64,000 nucleotides of DNA from Podarcis bocagei (lineage: Eukaryota), in NCBI GenBank assembly GCA_964188305.1, contig OZ076892.1. One strand, written 5' to 3'. Position numbers and translations under genes: made by a program. Under the pieces are notes generated by a model. It made no database searches. It had not been told where the DNA came from and worked only from the letters and a program-made list of their open reading frames with translations. Shown piece after piece: positions 1 to 11,779 of the stretch. The first letter of the stretch is position 1. Each line of letters begins with the position of its first letter.

Positions 1-1399
1 TGTGTGCCCCCCAGCAGTCCAACTCCAGCTGGCTTTCCTCTTCTGGCATTTCCAGTTCTTTGCATGCAATGCAAGGCTGCCAGGGCACTCATTCAGCTGA
101 GCCCAAGCACCACACCCAGTAATTCATCCCTGGAAAGACGCTCCTCCTCAGCCCAAGCAATTCATATTTCTTCAGATGATCTCATCACCCCTGGAGTACA
201 GGGAACTCCTCCTTATATGAAGACACTCCCTTCTAGTCTCTTGTAGGGGCCACTAACATGGGGGGGGGGGGACTAGCAGCACTCCTCAGTGATTGAACTG
301 GGATATAAAGGTTCCAGTGGTCCTCAAGTTACTCTAAGCTGAAGAATAACCATGCAAAGAATTGGAACCTATGGGCAGACAGTGTTGATATTTTTGCAGA
401 GGGATCACACCTGCTGTCGGTTGGCTGCCCACCAGCAATCCAGCCACTGCATTCTGCACCAGCTAGAGCTTTAGGACCAGACTCCAGCTGGTGCCAGAAG
501 GAACAGGCAGCGTAGGACCGTATGCCGGCACAACCCAGAGTGTGTGTGCGGGGCGCGCCCCAGAGGGGCGCGGAGGGCACCCTCCACGCGCCACAGTTCA
601 GGATTAGGAGTGGGGCGGGGAGCTGCCAAGGTGGGTGGACGGCAGCATTGTCGCCGACTCTCCTACTCTCCTCCCCCAGGTCAGGCCTGGGGGGGCGGAG
701 CTGCACCAGGCACAAGCGCCGCAGCCAAGGCGCAGCTCCTTCTGGCACGGAGCCAGGCTCCAATGAAGGAGCCTGCTGTGGGGGCGACTGTTTGCTTCCC
801 CATTCAAAATTGCGCCTGGGGCCACGGCTCCCACGGCTCCCCCTTCCCCCACGCTACGCCTCTGGAAACAAGAGATTTGCTATCCTGCGGTCTGTCAATG
901 CATTGTCCAAGGCAGAGGAGCTCTCCAGGAGCAGAATTGACTGGCAATCCTGCACTTGTGTTTTGCCCTCTTAGAATCTCTAGTCTTAGGGCTATCATTT
1001 CCCCGCTTATTTTTATTTTTTAAGCATGTACCGCCTGCTGTTCTTGAGAAGAGAAGGCTGCACCTCTCTCTCTCTCTCTCAAGCAGCGCACCCACGTGAA
1101 TGCAGAAGGCCCAGGTAGGGATAGGGAGCACCTGTCAGCCAGCACCACCAAGACTGAGCTAGATGGCTCAACGGCAGAAAGAGGCTTGCTGGGCTCCTCT
1201 GGCGACTTAGGGCTTGGCACAGCAGCCGAATATAGCTTATACAGTTCTAATGGGTACCCTTCCTGGTGCTGGGGAGCTCTCTGTTCAGCATTTCGGTCAT
1301 CGCTACAATAACTGCCATCAGCCCTTCTTTTCGTGGCTCGCCGCCTGCCCGGTCCTCTCCCTCAGCTCCCTGCCCATCCTTTCATGAGAAAAGACGCCC

Positions 1400-2330
1400 G
1401 TGCCTGGAATAGGAGCTTCCGTGCCTTGACCCAGGCTCAGCGCAGTCTGGCTGGACAATGAGAGGTTAATGCCGGCCTCCTCCCCCCGCTCCTATGCATG
1501 GACCGTACCATCCAACGGCCGGGAGCGGGGGGAAGAGTGCGCGTCGCCCAGCCTGCCGCCCGTTGGGCTCTTCCGCCTGGGAGGGCAGGGCGGGAGGCAG
1601 ACGGGCCCAAGTGCCGCGCCGGCGCCTCGCCTGGGCCGTTAGCGGGGAGGCTGCCCGCCCGGGCCGGCATCAGCTGGGGCTCGGGGCCGGGATGGTGCGC
1701 CTGCGCCGCCGCGCCTGCCTGGCGCTCTTCCTCTGCGCGCTCTTCGTCCTGGGCGCCCTCCTGGCGCTGCGCACCCTCAAGCCCCCACCCGACGACCCCC
1801 GGCGCCGCCGCTTCCCGGGGCCCTGGCCCGAGGAGAAAGAGGCCAAGGAGGCCCCCGCCCCAGCCGACTCCCCCGCGCCCCCGGACGGGGCGCAGCACCC
1901 ACCCGACCGGGACGCCCCGTCCGTCTCCTCCTCGCTGCACGTCTTCTACTACACGTGGTACGGGACGCCGCGCTTCGACAGCCGTTACCTCCACTGGGAC
2001 CACGTGATGGTGCCCCACTGGGACCCCAAAATCTCGGCCAGCTACCCGAAAGGCCGCCACAGCCCCCCCGAGGACATCGGAGCCAGCTTCTACCCGGCCC
2101 TCGGGCCCTACAGCTCCCGCGACCCGGCAGTCCTGGAGGAGCACATGCGCCAGCTCCGCGCCGCCGCCATCGGTCAGTGAGGGCGCGTCCCCAACCCACC
2201 GCGGGGTAGGGGTGCGGAGAGGAAGGAGGCCGGGGGAGGGGTGACAGACTGGCCGTGCTGGCGAGGGCGATCGAGACCCCGACCCCCGCTCAGAAGCTGC
2301 CCCATAAAGCCCCTCGTCGCCTCTTGAATC
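1400..2330. promoter_or_regulatory. CpG island / promoter of MANEAL
   Basis: Very GC- and CpG-rich stretch covering exon 1 and its upstream flank; boundaries approximate. Confidence 0.75.
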
Positions 2331-5079
2331 AGCGGCTGCTGAAGTCTCTGGGAGCATCCAAGGCCGCAAAATATCCCTCATATCACAGAGGGGAAGCCCA
2401 GAGATGCTCCTCAAAGGATAACAGCCTCCCCTGCCAGCAACTCGTCTAGCTTTGGCGGGTGGGAGGTGGGGGGTTGGAAATGCCACATCTGCGCTAGCGG
2501 CATCCAAAGCCAAAGACCTTTCTTTTTTTTCCTCTGGGGTTTCCAGGCAACCCCGAGAGGCTAAAGTCTGAAATTTCAGCATCTGGACCTCAGATGAAAT
2601 TTCAGCACTGCCTTGTCCTGGACAGCTCCTCCCCCATCACCACTTTTGCTGCAGAGGCCAGATGTCTTGCTATTGGCAGGCACGGAACAAGGGGTCAGGA
2701 AAGAGAGCCTACCGAGTCAGAGCCAAACATCCTGTTCTCACAAGAGCCAATCATATGCCTGTGGGAAACTGCAAGCAGGATTCGGGGGCAACTGCTATAC
2801 AGGTCAACCGCTATACGCAAACATTGCTTTGCCTCCAGCTGTGATGGCAGAGCATAGTCTCCATGGTTAGCAATCAATAACCTTCTCCCTGAATTTGTCT
2901 CAACCTCTTTTAAAGCCATTCAAGCTGGTGGCCATCACTGCATCCTGTGGGAGGGAGTTCCATAGTTTCTATGCATCAAGTGAAGAAGGGGCAGGTTAGT
3001 TCTCTGAGGGGTGGTAGGTGCAATGGTTTTGACTATCTTTTTGGCCTAGCAGGCTTTCAGCATCCATATTTAAGGGGGGCATCATCATCTTCAGATTGTA
3101 AAGTGGCCAGATGTTGAAGGCAGTCTTAGCTCCTGCGGGTGGGCACAATCCTCTCTGTCTCTGCAGGAGTCATGGTTCTGTCCTGGTACCCCCCTGGCCT
3201 AGCAGATGACAACGGTGAGCCCTCTGAGAGCCTGGTGCCCTTCATATTGGACGCCGCACACAGATACGCAATCCAGGTGCCTGTTGTTACCACTGCTTGG
3301 GGCTATTAGGCAAGTTTTATGACAGCTGCTTCCAACTACGTGGCAGCCAGGGTTGGTGGGGGTTCCACTCATGAGCAGCCATCCACAGTGCAAAGGGGAA
3401 CTACAGGGGGTCCCTGTTAATTGGTTAGCTTCTCCCTGCTTGAAGCCTTGTAATGGGGTGGGGAAATCTGGAAGTTCAGGGAATAAAAATAGTATTACAG
3501 AGCCATGCCTGCCTGTGACAGTTCAGTCTCTTCTCTCTCCACCCCCAAAACTGATTTTGATACATAAGAAGGAGCAAAAATGGAGGGAAAGAATGAATCT
3601 TACATGGCAGGTGGCTGTCCAACTTCTGTTTAAAAACCTCCAGTGAAGGAGAGTCCACCACCTTCCTTTAACAACTTTTAACTGTTGTGGTGAAGGGATA
3701 GGACTAATGTGGGTGGGAGCAGGGATGGGAGATTACTCCTGCAGTTGCTGCTGTCCACTGACTGTGTGGCTGGGGGTGCTGCACAACTGCTGCTGCCCCG
3801 TGTTCCTTTTCTGCAGGTCACCTTCCACATACAGCCATATAAAGGGCGCGACGACAACACTCTGCACAGCAATGTGAAATATATCATAGACAAGTAAGTA
3901 CAGTACTCAGAAAGCAAAGGGTTAAAAAGATAGGAGAGGCCATTCCTACCCTTGAGAGACTTGCGTAAAACAAAGGGCCACTTTTGCTTGTGTGAAACCC
4001 AAGAACTCAGGGCTAAAGATGAGCGTTGCTTATTTAATAAATAAAGAGTGTTTAAACTGTAAGTTTTAAATGCTACTTATTGAATTTGTGGCAATCTGCT
4101 CTTTTGGTTGGAGAAAAATGGCCCTCATAAGAAAACCTAAAAACCTTCAGATACTGGTGATGTGGTCAGGCTGCTGGGCTGGCTGGAAGGGGGAGAAGGG
4201 GGCTCTTTGCTCAGTCTCCCTGTCAAAGGACCCCAGTGCTGGAGCTCAGCTTTCACTGGGTATCTGTTGGCAGACAGAGAATCAGAGAAACTGGAAGCGA
4301 AGAGGGTACTGATGCAACATTCAGAGCGGGGGGAAACCAGGCAACTTGCCTTCTCTGCTAAGAGCAGGACCAAGTTTCTCTAGGCTGCTTGTGGACTTAT
4401 AAGGCAAAATGTGGGGCATTAAACAGCCTATTATCTTGGCAGGTATGGAACACATGATGCTTTCTACAGATACAAGACCAGCACGGGCCGGAGGCTGCCT
4501 TTATTTTATATTTATGACTCATACCTTACGCCACCTGAAGCATGGGCAAACCTGCTCACCCCTTCCGGCTCCCACTCTCTCCGCAACACCCCATATGACG
4601 CTGTCTTCATCGCCCTGCTGGTGGAGGAGGGGCACAAGCACGACATCCTCTCCGCCGGCTACGATGGGCTCTACACCTACTTTGCCTCAAACGGCTTCTC
4701 CTACGGCTCCTCACACCAGAACTGGAAAGCCATCAAGGCCTTCTGTGACTCCAACAACCTCCTCTTCATCCCCAGTGTGGGCCCTGGTTACATCGACACC
4801 AGCATCCGCCCCTGGAACAACCACAACACACGGAACAGGGTAAACGGCAAGTACTACGAGACGGCCCTGCAGGCCGCCCTCATGGTGCGCCCAGAGATAG
4901 TCTCCATCACGTCCTTCAATGAATGGCACGAAGGCACCCAGATCGAGAAAGCCACACCCAAGAAGACCCTGACCCGGCTCTACTTGGACTACTTGCCCCA
5001 CCAGCCGGACATGTACCTGGAACTAACCCGTAGGTGGGCAGAGCACTACAGCAAAGAGAAAGAGCAGTGGCTCATGTGA
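1692..5079 (+). CDS. MANEAL: Glycoprotein endo-alpha-1,2-mannosidase-like protein (GH99), 4 coding exons, ~434 aa
   Basis: Exons 1692-2172, 3167-3276, 3817-3893, 4443-5079; all GT-AG and phase-consistent (1305 nt). Type II signal anchor (RRRACLALFLCALFVLGALLAL) and GH99 motifs LHVFYYTWYG, LSWYPPG..DDNGE, FHIQPY, SITSFNEWHEGTQIE; C-terminus KEKEQWLM. Tail-to-tail with YRDC as at the mammalian MANEAL locus. Confidence 0.95.
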
Positions 5080-6546
5080 GCAAGCTGTGAAGGGTTGATT
5101 CTTCTGGGCACGAAGAGACCCAGAGAGAAGCTGGTAGCCATTCAGGTGGAAGAAGCTGCTCTCAGAGCTGTAAGTTTCTGGAACCTGGGTGAAGAGGGGT
5201 GAGCTGCGTTTCATGTTGAAATACCTCTTGAGAGGTTTGCTGTGCTCCTGCAGGGCAGCACGCCGATATATGACTGTGCAAAACTCCCCAGATATAGTTG
5301 GGCTAGCGCTCTTGCAATCCTCCTCACTCCAAGCCCTCAGCTTTCCTTAAAAGAATAAATCTCTGCCTGCTGCAAGCCAAGAGGACAATTCATTTCAAAT
5401 CTGAGTTCTGCAGGAGGTGCTAAACTAAACAGCACATCCCTGTTGCTATTCAGTTCCAGGGATATTTATTCCTTCTCTGCTGCCACTGCTACTTAGACCT
5501 CTACCCTGTTGCTGCTCCCAGCAAACAAAACCTAGACAATTTGTGTATGCAGGAAAGTTCTCAGAAACCACATGCTGTATTATGTCTTTGGAATTCCAAT
5601 GATCAGAAATGCACCCAGTCTTGCAATAAAACAAGAACCTCACTGGTGTTGGCATTTATTCCTTCAAGACAGGCAGCAAGAACAGAAAAGGTGATGCCCC
5701 AGTGACCTAATGGGGTGTGGAGTTTTGTCGCTTGCTTCAAATGGAGACTGCTCCTTAATAGCTTGTTGCAGACTTTGCGGAGTGAGTTGTACTGTACTCC
5801 AACCTATGAATAGTTTGGGGGCTGGGCTGGAAAGACGAGCAAGTGTGCTGTTTGGGCCCCATGCCTGCAGTTCAGGCAAAGTTACTAAGTGAACTCTACA
5901 GTGGTTGCATGGGGAAAATGAGCTAGATTCTCATTTTACCATTAATCCTACACCACTAGGATTATCAATACTGCATGTCACCCTTCAATAGGTAATTTCC
6001 CCCCAGTCTTAGAATTCCCCACCCTCCGCATACTAAAGAACATGGAGGCCAACATACACTAGGTTTCCATTTTAATGATATTGGTCAAAAACGCAGCCTG
6101 TTGCTTGCCCGTCAGTGGCTGGTCTGGTCTCTGTTTTCAGTAGAGCTGGGTTCAAGGCAGTTTGGTCCCCGCTGGTCACAGGCAAGCTCCACCTACCAGG
6201 CCCCCTCAAAATGCATCTTCCTGCTTTTCTATACACTCCATGATTGTCAGCTGCACTGTCTTGTTCAAATGCTTCAACCCCTCCAGGCCAAGTGTTCAAG
6301 AGATAGAGAGGACAGACTTCCTAAAAGGGAGGGATACTTAGGCACATAAGTGTGTGCCCCTCCCTAAATCCGAAAGGAAATGCCAGGAAGGACAAAATAC
6401 TTCGCCCCCAGCAGGGCCAGATCCTTCTGGATTCACAGAAGTCAACTGGGAAAGGAGGGGAGGCTCCCTTTGCACCCAAGAAGGGCAGAGTTATACTTTC
6501 CAGGACAAGGCTCTTGCAAACAGCTTCCTGATATGTCACACACCAT

Positions 6547-9207
6547 CTACTTGCCCAGAGACTGTGTGAGTTGACCACATATAGGCAGCTCAGCTGTCAG
6601 GCCATACTTGACTGCCAGGATCTCAACGGTCTGAATAAGTGCACTGCAGAAAAGAAAAGAAGGAGTAAGATGCCAGGGACAAAATCTGCATTGTTTGCAG
6701 CTTAATATTCTTGAAGGCTAATTTAGCATCATCCGTGGGTTTGACCCAATTCACAAGGCACTCCACCTGCAGGAGTAAGCAGGTGTGCTTCTGGGAATCA
6801 TCTGCAGGAGGAGCCTGCCTCCTTTAGGACCACCACCACACACACCCCAAGGACCACTGTCCTGGGGCTAAATAGTTCCATCCTATTCAGAGGAAGACAA
6901 CTCTGCAGCCTACAAATGCCACTCAGGTGGAGAGGAGGCTGTGTGAGGCTTACCATCCTCCCCGGATAATCTTGAACTTGCCAGGAACAGAAAGGTCAAT
7001 CACGGTAGAGCCTAGACGGGACTCTGGTCTATGGATGTCCCCAGTGGGGCCCCCATCAATTACAAGTGACAGGTGAGGCCAGAGCTCTTGGAACTCCTGA
7101 AATATAAAAGAAGAAGAGCATAAGAGCTCAGCAGGCTCCTGAGCCAGTGTGCACCACAAGATGCTAATAGCCAACAACCACAGAGAAAAGGGTACCATAA
7201 GCTCCTGCTTAAACACACAGTGGCTTTACCCTCTGAGAGGAGCAAGCCAATTAAAACAAAATGGAACATAATGCCCTTCCCTGGGGACTTGTAGAGCCAC
7301 CCAGGCTTCCATTATCATCCCGTCCTACAGGTTTCAAGCAGCCCTTACCGTGACTGTGAGGGAGCTCGCCCCCTGACTGATGTTTGCGCTTGTTAAGGCC
7401 AGAGGGCCAGCACACTCCCTGGCCAGCTCCCTGATGAACCAGTGACTGGGGATGCGGACACCAACTAACTGTGACAAAAGCGGGGTGGGGGAGAGGAAGA
7501 GGAAGGAATGAGTACCACTACTTACTTTTAGCTTTTATGTATATATAATTTTAAAAGGCAGGATATTTATACATGCATGTATATGAAAGCATGCATACAT
7601 ATACAGTATATGCCCCACTTTCCACTGCACAACAGCATTCAGGATAGCTTACAGTGAAGTCCAACACAAGTTAAATTCAGTAAAAAAAAAAAAAACCTAA
7701 GAGGGCAGGTGTAGCAAATAAGTTCATCTACCAAAACACAGGAAACCCCTTAACACACTAAATTAAATGCCTGCTGGAATAAGAATATAAAAAGGCTAGA
7801 CAACAGAAAGGGGGATCAACAAATTTCCTAATGCACAGACACAGAGAAAATCCTAAGTAGTCAGGCCTCCACTACTACCACCAGGTCATGAAGAGCATCC
7901 CTGGCAGATATTGTGGGCAGGTTGGTATGGAGATTTCCCCACTCTGCACTGTGAGAACAACCCACATACACCCCTGCTCATTTGAATAGGACAGGAAGTA
8001 GGAATCTGTTGCACCTTTATCCCACCCATCTCAGAATGCAGCCACCCCTCCCAGGCCACATAACTAAGTGAAACTAAAACAGGAAAAGAAGTAGCCATGC
8101 TTAGCTTGAGACTTGCAGTCCGGCAATAGCTTTTAAAAAAATAATCCCGAGGAAAATTAAAATCTCCACTAATATTCCCAATCAATCAGATTTGCCTTTT
8201 AGCCTGGAATGGAGGAAGGTCCACTCTGATGTCAACCTAAGAGCACACCCAACACCCAACTGGTAAGCACCCTATTGGGAAACTGGGAGCTCTCCAAAAG
8301 GTAAAAGGGTCTCTATAGAACTTGCTAGCCAAGACTCACTGGGGTGAAGGGGTTCAAGTCTTTGTTGAGGGTGTCTGAGCGCTCCAGGACCAGCGTCACT
8401 GGCCCAGGAAGGAGTTCCTGCAGCAGCTTGTCAGGCACGCAAACGTTACAGTACCTACAAAAGGGGAAGGAGAAAGTATGCACAAGGTAAGCCCAACTTC
8501 TGCCACGCAGCCAAAGGCAAGCAGCAAAACAAAGGGGTGGGCTATCAGACTAATACTTGACTGGAGGCGCTCCTTATTTACTCTGAAGGAAATAAAATCA
8601 GCGCCTGTGTTTTTTAACTTCAAACGCCACTGGAAATAAAAGGATTAATCAGCTGATACACCTCAATGCCAAAGGCTTGCTGGGTTTCTGCCTTACTGGA
8701 AGGGGCAGAAGCGGCCGGGGGCCCTATCCACCGACTCCCTGCTTCGCCGAAGGATGAGGAGGAGAGGCGGAGGGAGGGCCGCCACCCCATTGCAAGACCC
8801 CCACCTCCTTCGCCGACCCCGCCGCACCTGTAGACGTGCTCGACGTCGGCGAGGCAGATAGCGAGGGGCTTACTGGCGGCGCGGCCCTTCAGGCGGTAAA
8901 CGGCCCCCAGCGCCCGCGAGTCCTGCGCCAGGCAGGCCACGCCGTAGACCGTGTCGGTGGGCAGCGCCACCAGGCCGCCCTCGCGCAGCGCGGACGCCGC
9001 CGCCAACAGCGCCGACTGACGGTCCGGCCCGGAAGCCGGCAGAGGTATCGGCAGGGGGACCCTCGCCATGGCCGGCAGTCCAGGAGCGCAAGGTGCGCCC
9101 TCCTCAGAAGCAGCAGCCCCGCCGCCGCGCCAAGGTCTGACCGGGAAGGACGAGGAGAAGGAGCAACGCCGGAGCCTCAGACCGAGCAGCAGAGGCGCTC
9201 TGTACAT
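6547..9207 (-). CDS. YRDC: Threonylcarbamoyl-AMP synthase (YrdC/Sua5 family), 5 exons, ~284 aa
   Basis: Exons 9207-8828, 8454-8340, 7468-7349, 7096-6954, 6643-6547 (855 nt, phases consistent). Motifs VALPTDTVYG, RLKGR...KPLAIC, LLPGPVTLV, VGVRIP, LTSANIS, GSTVIDLS. Arg/Ser/Leu-rich N-terminus resembles a mitochondrial presequence. Confidence 0.96.
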
Positions 9208-9790
9208 GCGCAGAAGGAAAGGCGAAGGAGCCCCTCTCCGGCCAGCGGCTCAGCCAGTCAAACGAACACTACGACGCTCTACGCTTCGCCGATACCCTAC
9301 ATCCGCGCCTCGCACGGGGACGACATTTCCTGTGCCGCAAGCCGCTGCCATGACGCAACTTCTGCCCGGCGCCGGCTATTGGGGCGGAAGGAGTGGCGGC
9401 GCCGCCCAGTACAAAGCCGAGAGAGGCGATAGCCCTAGAGAGTCCCGAGCAATCACTGCTTCCGCTCCTTACAGGAAGTTTAGGCTCTGCGTGAGCCCCC
9501 GGACGCCAATTGCAGACCATAGACATATGAAGTGGTAGACCGACCTCGCCTTGGCTTTCCCAGGGGGCCGACTCCGCCTGTGTGTCTCGTTGCCCGAGGC
9601 GTGCTAAGAGGCTCGCCACTCCGCGGCTGCGCAGTTGCTTTCTTCCCCTGCTAGCCGGGGGGAGCGCCGAGAACCGGACTGGGTTGGGGGGCGGCGGAGG
9701 CACGACCCCTCCCCACACGCGCCATCCTGGACGGGGGGGGGGGAGGAGACGTGGAACCGTCTGAGACACACGCGCCGCAAGCGGCCGTTG
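8700..9790. promoter_or_regulatory. CpG island / promoter of YRDC
   Basis: CpG-dense; GC boxes, ETS-like CTTCCG/GGAAGT and TGACGCAA motifs upstream of the ATG at 9207; boundaries approximate. Confidence 0.7.
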
Positions 9791-11730
9791 TAATTAGTAA
9801 CATAATAGTTGCTATGAATAAAAGGTGGAGGATGCTTGGTCGCAGCCTAACACCCCAACATTTGCAGTTGTGATTATTAACTATTATTATTAATAGGTGC
9901 TAATAATATAAGTACTATTATTTATTATTAATAATATTAATACAAAGTTATTAATATAATTAGAAGTGTCCAAAGGAGAGAGCAGCCAAGCACCATAAAC
10001 AAGCAGCAACCGAGGCAGATGCGAGAAGCGTTTGCCCCCTTGGGCTCATCCTAGTGCTTGGGCAAAGCGCCCCCGCCCCCCAGGTTCCTCCTCAGCACTA
10101 GTCAACCAGGAGGGAGAGGCAGCATTCTCTCAATGGGGCACCACCACAGAGAAGGCTCCACCCTGTCTCATCGACTGATCAGGTTTTCCCTCGCAGGACA
10201 CACAGTGAAAATTAAGAGCCCATCTAGTCCAGCATCCTCTTCCCACAATTGCCAGGTGCCTGTGGGAGAAGCCCTCTACAATGCATTACAGTAGCCCAGT
10301 CAGCAGCTTTCCAGGGCATGGGGCATTGTGGATGCACTAACCCTGTCCACAAACTAAAGATGGAATACCTCACTTGGGGCAATGTCACTCTTCTGGGTCT
10401 TGGGTCAGCTAATTATTGGATTAAATCTCCAGCTACCACTTCCTCCTAAACTTCAGCTCAGGCAGACTGGAGCACTGCATTCTTGCCTTCTCCAGTACAT
10501 TGAAACACAAGCAGCTGCATTATCCCAATTCATACTTTTGGTCCATTTAGCTCAATATTGTCTAAGTAGGTCTTCAGAATCTCGGGGAAGCCTTCAGAAT
10601 CTCGGGGAACACCAGGGACCTTCTGCATACAAAGTGTGTGCTCTGTCACTAAGCTAAAACCTGTTGAAAATAATTCCCATCACCTCCAGAAATAATTCCT
10701 CCAAAAGCACCAGATTTAAATAAGCATTTAATTAGGATCCCAGTGGTATTAATATTGCTTTCAATTAAAAAATTAATTTCCACTTCCTTGCAGGTATTTC
10801 AAAGTACAATATTAATTTTATACAAAATGGAGCAGTGAAGCAAACACGGTTATTTCACATTTTACATTCTTCAAAAATACAAATTCATGTTTATGCTTCT
10901 GGGGTTTTGGAGAGGCTCTTCCTTTGGAAGTACTGTACCTGTAACTAACATCTTCACATCACTCAATGCAAGGACATTTGTTCCCATGTTTCAGTTAAAT
11001 TAAATTTGTTTAAACACAAAACACATACTCCTGAGAGAAACTGGCAACTTCAAATGATCTCCGCTTCACTCCTTGCATAGCTCTGGAATGGAGCCATAGC
11101 AATGCCATGTGTTGTTGTGGAGGAAATCCGGGCTAGGAGGGGACACCCAGAAAGGCACTTTGCAAAAGTTACCCGAGAGCCTTTGGGGGCCTCCAATTAC
11201 ACCACTCTAGGGCACAAGCCCACACACCATGTGGGAAGGTGGCAGTTATGGGAAAGGGGATTGAAATTCCCCCTTGTGCAAGGTTTTTCTCTCCCCCCAC
11301 CCACCTCTATCTCATACATGCAGTGTTAACAGATGGTCACATCTCCCTACCCGCAGTGACTGGGAAAGAGGCAGCCTAAACCCTCTCTCAGGTACCCCAG
11401 GAACCTTAACTTCTGTCTCTGCCAGAATGAATGGCAGCTCCTTCCCATTTCCCCACAAAAAAGAGCATTTGGAAAGACACAACACTGCAGAGCAAAGGAA
11501 TGAGCCATTTCTATGAACAGATTGCAGAAGAAGAAAAATTAAAATATCTCCCTGGGCTTTACCAGTGAAGTTCATATGAGGGGAACAAAAAGCCAAAACA
11601 CTCATTTGTTAAGGAAAGTGTGGGAAAACTGCATTTCCTTGAAAGTGTCCACTGCATAGAAACCATTTTTGGCCAGCATGCATACGACTAAGAAGACAGT
11701 GTGGGCTACACACCGTTTCCACAAACAGAA

Positions 11731-11779
11731 ACACACACACACACACACACACACACACCACACACACACACACACACAC
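11731..11779. repeat. (CA)n microsatellite in the probable long MTF1 3' UTR
   Basis: Interrupted (AC)n run read directly from the sequence. Confidence 0.9.

Noticed and set aside
514-864. GC-rich segment with loose terminal inverted repeats (possible hAT MITE)
   Set aside because: TIRs are degenerate and no matching TSD was found, so it cannot be supported as a feature.
1437-2582. 381-aa minus-strand ORF
   Set aside because: Antisense shadow of the GC-rich MANEAL exon 1.
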